A stretch of DNA of 64,000 nucleotides from Alphaproteobacteria bacterium (GTDB taxonomy: Bacteria > Pseudomonadota > Alphaproteobacteria > Bin95), in contig JAJEIH010000053.1 of the NCBI GenBank assembly GCA_022827685.1, positions 56 through 64,055 of the forward strand, read 5' to 3'. The position numbers and the translations under genes were made by a program. Below, piece by piece: positions 58,068 through 64,000 of this stretch; position 1 is the first letter of the stretch, and each line of letters begins with the position of its first letter. Under the pieces are notes generated by a model. It was not told where the DNA came from. It made no database searches and was given only the letters and a program-made list of their open reading frames with translations.

Positions 58068-58893
58068 CCTCGCGCTCCAGCGGAGCCGGGGTCGGGCGGT
58101 GCTGCGCTTCGAGGCGCGGGAGGGCAGCAGCGCGCTCGTCGAGCGCTATTCCCGCGCGCCGATGCGAATCCTGACGCCGCGCCCCGCGAACGGCGTGCCG
58201 GAAGCGGTGCTCGCAAATCTGGCGGGCGGCATCGCCGGCGGAGACCGTTGCGAGGTCGGGGTGGCGGCCGGGCCGGGGGTGGAGGCCGTCGTGACCGGCC
58301 AGGCGGCCGAGAAAGTGTATCGCGCCATCGACGCGCCGGCGGAATGGGTGACGCGGCTCACCCTCGGGCCGGGTGCTGCGCTGGAATGGCTGCCGCAGGA
58401 AACGATCCTGTTCGACGGCGCGCGGCTCAACCGCCGGATCGAGGTTGACATGGCCGGCGATGCGCGGCTGCTGGCGGTCGAGACGCTGGTGTTCGGCCGC
58501 GCCGCGCATGGCGAGCGGATGGTGGATGGCGGCCTTGCCGACCGCTGGCGGATCGACCGGGACGGCCGGCCCGTCTGGCGGGATGCGCTTCGCATCGGCA
58601 GCGGCGCGTTCGGGCCTGCGGCCGCATCGGAGGCCGGCCTTCGCGGCGCGCGCGTCTCGGCGACGCTGATCTATGCCGCGCCGGATGCGCCGGACCGCCT
58701 GGAGGAGCTTCGCGGCCTGCTGGCGGACATGTCGGCCTTCGCGGGCGCGAGCGCGGTCCGGGGGCTGGTGGCGGTGCGGTTCCTCGCCTGCGAGGGCGGC
58801 GCGTTCAAGCGCGAACTTGGCAAGCTGCTGGGCCTGTTCCGCGCGTGCGCATTCGGCCGTCCGGCGCTCGCCCCGCGCGTCTGGCTTTGCTGA
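58033..58893 (+). CDS. ureD: Urease accessory protein UreD
   Basis: UreD/UreH family. It lies immediately upstream of ureABC. The ATG at 58033 overlaps the urtE 3' end by 35 nt. Confidence 0.8.
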   Translation: MKTNCSAVSASDLALQRSRGRAVLRFEAREGSSALVERYSRAPMRILTPRPANGVPEAVLANLAGGIAGGDRCEVGVAAGPGVEAVVTGQAAEKVYRAIDAPAEWVTRLTLGPGAALEWLPQETILFDGARLNRRIEVDMAGDARLLAVETLVFGRAAHGERMVDGGLADRWRIDRDGRPVWRDALRIGSGAFGPAAASEAGLRGARVSATLIYAAPDAPDRLEELRGLLADMSAFAGASAVRGLVAVRFLACEGGAFKRELGKLLGLFRACAFGRPALAPRVWLC

Positions 58894-58910
58894 AGGAGAA
58901 CGGTCTTCTC

Positions 58911-59213
58911 ATGCGTCTTACCCCGCGGGAAAAGGACAAGCTGCTGGTCGCCATGGCCGCCATCGTCGCCCGCCGCCGGCTGGAGCGCGGCGTGCGGCTC
59001 AACCACCCCGAAGCCGTCGCCCTCATTTCCGACTTCGTCGTCGAGGGCGCGCGCGACGGGCGGCGCGTCGCCGAACTGATGGAAGCGGGCGCGCATGTGC
59101 TGTCGCGGGAGCAGGTGATGGAGGGCGTGGCCGAGATGATCCACGACGTGCAGGTGGAGGCGACCTTTCCCGACGGGGTGAAGCTGGTCACTGTCCACAA
59201 CCCGATCCGCTGA
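58911..59213 (+). CDS. ureA: Urease subunit gamma
   Basis: [39 protein letters not shown], 100 aa. AAGGAGA RBS is present. Confidence 0.95.
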   Translation: MRLTPREKDKLLVAMAAIVARRRLERGVRLNHPEAVALISDFVVEGARDGRRVAELMEAGAHVLSREQVMEGVAEMIHDVQVEATFPDGVKLVTVHNPIR

Positions 59214-59225
59214 GGGGGAGATGCG

Positions 59226-59543
59226 ATGATTCCGGGCGAAATCCTGACTGCCGAGGGCGAACTCCTGCTCAATCCAGGCCTTGAGACCAGGGAGATCGAG
59301 GTTGCGAACGGCGGCGACCGGCCCGTACAGGTCGGCAGCCACTTCCATTTCTTCGAGGTCAATCCGGCGCTGCAGTTCGACCGCGAACAAGCGCGGGGGT
59401 GGCGCCTCGACATCCCCGCCGGCACCGCCATGCGCTTCGAGCCGGGCCAGACGCGCCTTGCGCCGCTGGTCCCCTATCGCGGCACCCGGCGCGCCGTCGG
59501 CTTCAACGCGCGTGTCATGGGCGCGCTCGACGGAAAGCGCTGA
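59226..59543 (+). CDS. ureB: Urease subunit beta
   Basis: [18 protein letters not shown]...[11 protein letters not shown], 105 aa. Confidence 0.95.
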   Translation: MIPGEILTAEGELLLNPGLETREIEVANGGDRPVQVGSHFHFFEVNPALQFDREQARGWRLDIPAGTAMRFEPGQTRLAPLVPYRGTRRAVGFNARVMGALDGKR

Positions 59544-59544
59544 C

Positions 59545-61242
59545 ATGGCTTATGCGATCCCCCGCCGCGACTATGCGGACATGTTCGGGCCGACTGTGGG
59601 CGACCGGGTACGCCTTGCCGACACCGAGCTGTTCATCGAGGTCGAGCGCGACTTCACCGCCTATGGCGACGAGGTGAAATTCGGCGGCGGGAAGGTCATT
59701 CGCGACGGCATGGGCCAGTCCCAGGCGACGCGGGCCGAGGGCGCGGCCGACACGGTGGTGACCAACGCGCTGATCCTCGATCACTGGGGAGTCGTCAAGG
59801 CCGATATCGGCATCCGCGACGGGCGCATCCTGGCCGTCGGCAAGGCGGGGAACCCCGACATCCAGGACGGCGTGGACATCGTCATCGGACCCGGCACCGA
59901 GATCGTCGCCGGCGAGGGCAAGATCGTCACCGCCGGCGGCTTCGACTGCCATATCCATTTCATCTGCCCGCAGCAGATCGAGGAGGCGCTGGCCTCCGGC
60001 ATCACGACGATGATGGGCGGCGGCACCGGCCCCGCCACCGGCACCAACGCCACCACCTGCACGCCGGGCCCCTGGCACCTGCAGAGGATGATCGAGGCCG
60101 CCGACGGCTTCGCCATGAATCTCGGTTTCGCCGGCAAGGGCAATGCAAGCCTGCCGGCCGCGCTGGAGGAGCAGGTGCAGGCCGGCGCCTGCGCGCTCAA
60201 GCTCCACGAGGACTGGGGCACGACGCCGGCCGCCATCGACACCTGCCTCGGCGTTGCCGATGCGATGGACGTCCAAGTGATGATCCACACCGACACGCTC
60301 AACGAGTCCGGCTTCGTCGAACACACTGTCGCCGCCTTCAAGGGCCGCACGATCCACGCCTTCCACACCGAAGGAGCGGGCGGCGGCCATGCGCCGGACA
60401 TCATCAAGGTCTGCGGGCTCGACAATGTGATCCCGTCCTCGACCAACCCGACGCGCCCCTACACGGTCAACACAGTCGATGAGCATCTCGACATGCTCAT
60501 GGTCTGCCACCATCTGGACCCGCGCATCGCCGAGGACGTGGCCTTCGCCGAGAGCCGCATCCGCAAGGAGACCATCGCAGCCGAGGACATCCTGCACGAC
60601 ATGGGGGCGTTCTCGATCATCGCGTCGGACAGCCAGGCGATGGGCCGGGTCGGCGAGGTCCCGATCCGCACATGGCAGACGGCCGACAAGATGAAGCGCC
60701 AGTTCGGCCGGCTTGAGGGCGAGAGCGGCGAAAACGACAATCTGCGCGCCCGGCGCTATATCGCCAAATACACCATCAACCCCGCCATAGCGCACGGCAT
60801 GGCGGACCATATCGGCTCGATCGAGGCCGGCAAGCTGGCCGACCTCGTCGTCTGGTCTCCGGCTTTCTTCGGCGTGAAACCGGACCTGGTGGTGAAGGGG
60901 GGCATGATCGCAGCCGCCGTCATGGGAGACCCCAACGCCTCCATCCCGACGCCGCAGCCGGAGCATTTCCGGCCGATGTTCGCAGGCTTCGGGCGGGCGC
61001 GGCCGGCAACCTCCGTCACCTTCGTCAGCGAGGCCGGGCTCGATGCGGGTTTCGACACCGCCCGGCGGCTGGAGCCCGTTCGCCGCACGAGAACCATCGG
61101 AAAGGGGGACATGATGTTGAACGACCTCATGCCCGATATCGAAGTCGATCCCGAAACCTACGAGGTGCGCGCGGGCGGCGCGCTGCTCACCTGCGAGCCG
61201 GCGGAAGTGCTGTCCATGGCGCAGCGCTACTTCCTGTTCTAG
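59545..61242 (+). CDS. ureC: Urease subunit alpha
   Basis: Nickel-centre residues (HIHFICPQ, carbamylated-Lys context [26 protein letters not shown]). Confidence 0.95.
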   Translation: MAYAIPRRDYADMFGPTVGDRVRLADTELFIEVERDFTAYGDEVKFGGGKVIRDGMGQSQATRAEGAADTVVTNALILDHWGVVKADIGIRDGRILAVGKAGNPDIQDGVDIVIGPGTEIVAGEGKIVTAGGFDCHIHFICPQQIEEALASGITTMMGGGTGPATGTNATTCTPGPWHLQRMIEAADGFAMNLGFAGKGNASLPAALEEQVQAGACALKLHEDWGTTPAAIDTCLGVADAMDVQVMIHTDTLNESGFVEHTVAAFKGRTIHAFHTEGAGGGHAPDIIKVCGLDNVIPSSTNPTRPYTVNTVDEHLDMLMVCHHLDPRIAEDVAFAESRIRKETIAAEDILHDMGAFSIIASDSQAMGRVGEVPIRTWQTADKMKRQFGRLEGESGENDNLRARRYIAKYTINPAIAHGMADHIGSIEAGKLADLVVWSPAFFGVKPDLVVKGGMIAAAVMGDPNASIPTPQPEHFRPMFAGFGRARPATSVTFVSEAGLDAGFDTARRLEPVRRTRTIGKGDMMLNDLMPDIEVDPETYEVRAGGALLTCEPAEVLSMAQRYFLF

Positions 61243-61246
61243 GGCG

Positions 61247-61729
61247 ATGCGGCGCGCTGTCGAACATCGCCCGCGCGGGCACTGGCCGGAGCACGAGGCG
61301 GCGGGGCGCGTCAGCCTCGCCTTCGACGACCGGCACCGCCGCCGGCTCAGGCTGGAGACGGTCGAGGGCGAGGCGGTCCTGCTCGACCTGCCGAAGGCGG
61401 TCGCGATGGCGGAGGGAGACGGGCTGCGCTGCGCCGACGGCGGCTGGATCGCGGTCGCCGCCCGGCCCGAGCCCGTCCTGCGGATAGCCGCGGCCGCGCC
61501 GGAGCTGGCGGCGCGGCTTGCCTGGCATCTCGGCAACCGGCACACGCCGGCGGAGATTCGCGCGGACGCCATCCTGATCCGCCCGGACCATGTGCTGGCG
61601 GACATGCTGCGAAATCTCGGCGGCGCGGTGACGGAAACGGTCGAGCCATTCCAGCCCGAGGGCGGCGCCTATTCCGGCCACAGTCATGGCCACGAGCACG
61701 ACCATGGCCACGATCACGATCACACATGA
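61247..61729 (+). CDS. ureE: Urease accessory protein UreE, with a His-rich C-terminal tail
   Basis: UreE fold, with the C-terminus GHSHGHEHDHGHDHDH. Confidence 0.85.
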   Translation: MRRAVEHRPRGHWPEHEAAGRVSLAFDDRHRRRLRLETVEGEAVLLDLPKAVAMAEGDGLRCADGGWIAVAARPEPVLRIAAAAPELAARLAWHLGNRHTPAEIRADAILIRPDHVLADMLRNLGGAVTETVEPFQPEGGAYSGHSHGHEHDHGHDHDHT

Positions 61730-62399
61730 TTGGCCCCGGCGACCTCCCGCGGCTCCAGGCCTGGTTCTCGCCCGCCTTCCCGGTTGGCGGCTTCGCCTAC
61801 AGCCACGGCCTCGAAGCGGCGGTCGAAGCGGGCACGGTCCACGACCGGCAAAGCCTTGCCCGGTGGACGGAATGGCTGCTGCTGCACGGCGCAGGGCAGG
61901 TGGACGGGGTGTTCTTCGCCGCCGCGCACAGGGCCGGACCGGATGCCATTGCGGCTGCCGCGCTGGCGGACGAGGCCCGCGCCTGGACCGGAACCGCCGA
62001 GTTCGCGCTTGAGTCCGAGCGCCAGGGCGAGGCGTTCCTGAAAACGCTTGGCGCCGCGTGGCCCCATCCGGCCATCGGCATGCTCGCCGAAATGCTGGAG
62101 GAGCGGCCGCCGCTCAGCGTGGCCGCCGGCTTTGCGTCCTCCGCGCATGGCGTTGCGCTGGAGCCGGCGCTCACCTGCTATCTGCACGCCTTTGCAGCCA
62201 TGATCGTCTCGGCGGGGGTCCGGCTCGTGCCGCTCGGCCAGACCGACGGCCAGAAGATCACGGCCGCCCTGGAGCCCGCAGTTCTCAAGGCGGCGGCGCT
62301 TGCCGCCGCGACGCCGCCGGAGGAAGCCGGCGCGGCCGCTCCGGCGGCCGACATCTTCTCCATGCGCCACGAAACCCAGTATTCGAGGATTTTCAGATC

Positions 62400-62403
<4 letters not shown>
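61726..62403 (+). CDS. ureF: Urease accessory protein UreF
   Basis: UreF-family helical protein. ATGA overlap with ureE. Confidence 0.85.
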
Positions 62404-63032
<629 letters not shown>

Positions 63033-63175
63033 ATCGCACGCCGGCGGTCCTGCCGCCGGAGCGGCGGCTTCCCCCGGGCCTCGTTGACACGGCGGCGGTT
63101 TCCGCCCAAACCGGGCCGCCGGGTCCGCATCCGGCTTTCGCGGGCCCGGTTTCGGCCGCGTCTGGAAAGGCCCCA

Positions 63176-64000
63176 TGCATCTGGAACTTCGCCTCTGGCG
63201 CTTCACCGAGGGCGTTCGCGGGCGCATCTTCTTCTCGATGGCGGTCGGGCTGCTAGCGGCGGCGCTCGGCGCGGCGCGGCTGGCGCTGCTCGGCTGGCTG
63301 ATCGGGCGCGTGTTCGCCGGCGCCACGGCCGCCGAACTGGTCTGGCCCATTCTCGGCATCGCTGTCGTCATGGCCGCGCGCGGCGTCTGCGAGCACTGGC
63401 GGACCATCGTCGCGCACAGGACCGCCGCGCTCGTCCAGAAGCGGCTCCGGCGCATGCTGTTCGACCGCATCGCGGCGCTCGGGCCCTCCTATGCCGGCCA
63501 GCGGCGCTCGGGGGCGCTCACGCTCTCGCTGGTGGACGGCGTCGAGCAGCTCGAAACCTATTTCGGGCAGTATCTGCCGCAATTGCTGGTGTCCTTCCTG
63601 ACGCCTCTGCTCATCTTCGCCTTCGTGGCCTTTATCGACCTTCCGGTGGCGGCGGTGCTGTTCGCCTTCGCGCTCGCCGCGCTCTTGCTGCCCGCCGCCT
63701 GGCACAGCCGCGACGTGATGAACTCGCGCAGCCGGCAGCGCTCCTATGCCGATTTTGCCGCCGAGTTCCTCGATTCCATCCAGGGCCTCGGCACGCTCAA
63801 GGCCTTCGGGCAGAGCACGGCGCGCGCCGACCTCCTGACCGCGAAGGCGCGCGAGCTGTTCCGGCGCACCATGTGGGTGCTCGGCACGAACACGCTCGCC
63901 CGCGGCATCACCGACTGCATGATCGCCATAGGCGCGGCCGCGGCGCTGGCGCTCGGCGCGTCGCGCGTCGCCTCGGGCGAGATGGCGCTCGCCAGCCTGC
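63176..64000 (+). CDS. ABC transporter transmembrane/ATPase fusion, CydD-like (thiol-reductant exporter type); 5' partial, runs off the window
   Basis: The N-terminal six-helix ABC exporter domain resembles CydD. There is no stop before the window end. Confidence 0.6.

Overview
High-GC (about 68-70%) chromosomal segment that looks alphaproteobacterial, probably Rhizobiales-like, and is densely coding on both strands with no rRNA or tRNA genes. Recognisable core blocks: (i) the TCA cluster mdh-sucC-sucD-sucA-sucB-lpdA (12.2-20.9 kb, + strand); (ii) the translation operon thrS-infC-rpmI-rplT-pheS-pheT (24.5-31.3 kb, - strand); (iii) a complete urea uptake and urease supercluster urtABCDE-ureD-ureABC-ureEFG (52.5-63.0 kb) behind a textbook sigma54 promoter. 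Accessory or less ordinary content: (a) at 1.6-4.1 kb a four-gene, translationally coupled operon on the minus strand. It encodes a cobalt-type nitrile hydratase whose beta subunit is split into two small polypeptides, the same layout as thiocyanate hydrolase and toyocamycin nitrile hydratase. The last gene is a DNA N4/N6-methyltransferase whose only plausible start is a TTG overlapping the NHase-alpha stop. (b) A module of a PEP-mutase/isocitrate-lyase-family lyase, a LeuCD-like dehydratase and a family-III CoA-transferase (4.1-8.3 kb). (c) A LysR-associated catabolic island with tandem class-II aldolase paralogues, a PhyH dioxygenase, an Ldh2-family dehydrogenase, an M24 hydrolase, GNAT and RidA (31.4-39.2 kb). 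(d) A second catabolic cluster at 42.4-51.9 kb: aminotransferase, CoA-transferase and EamA exporter, a DinB-like/LLM-oxidoreductase pair coupled through GTGA, acyl-CoA synthetase, crotonase and PhyH. (e) Several families of non-coding repeats. A roughly 230-bp element occurs at the window start and again at 41.96 kb. A roughly 150-bp GC-rich hairpin element occurs at least three times and brackets the epimerase gene. Most strikingly, a 900-bp gene-free region between convergent genes (41.46-42.37 kb) carries three clusters of exactly 10-bp-periodic GTCATG direct repeats, a perfect 17-bp palindrome and a 100-nt polypyrimidine tract. Many very long ORFs in the six-frame track (for example 15173..18898-, 18603..21656-, 36748..41475-, 38706..41477+, 9322..11895-) are antisense GC-skew artefacts and are not called.
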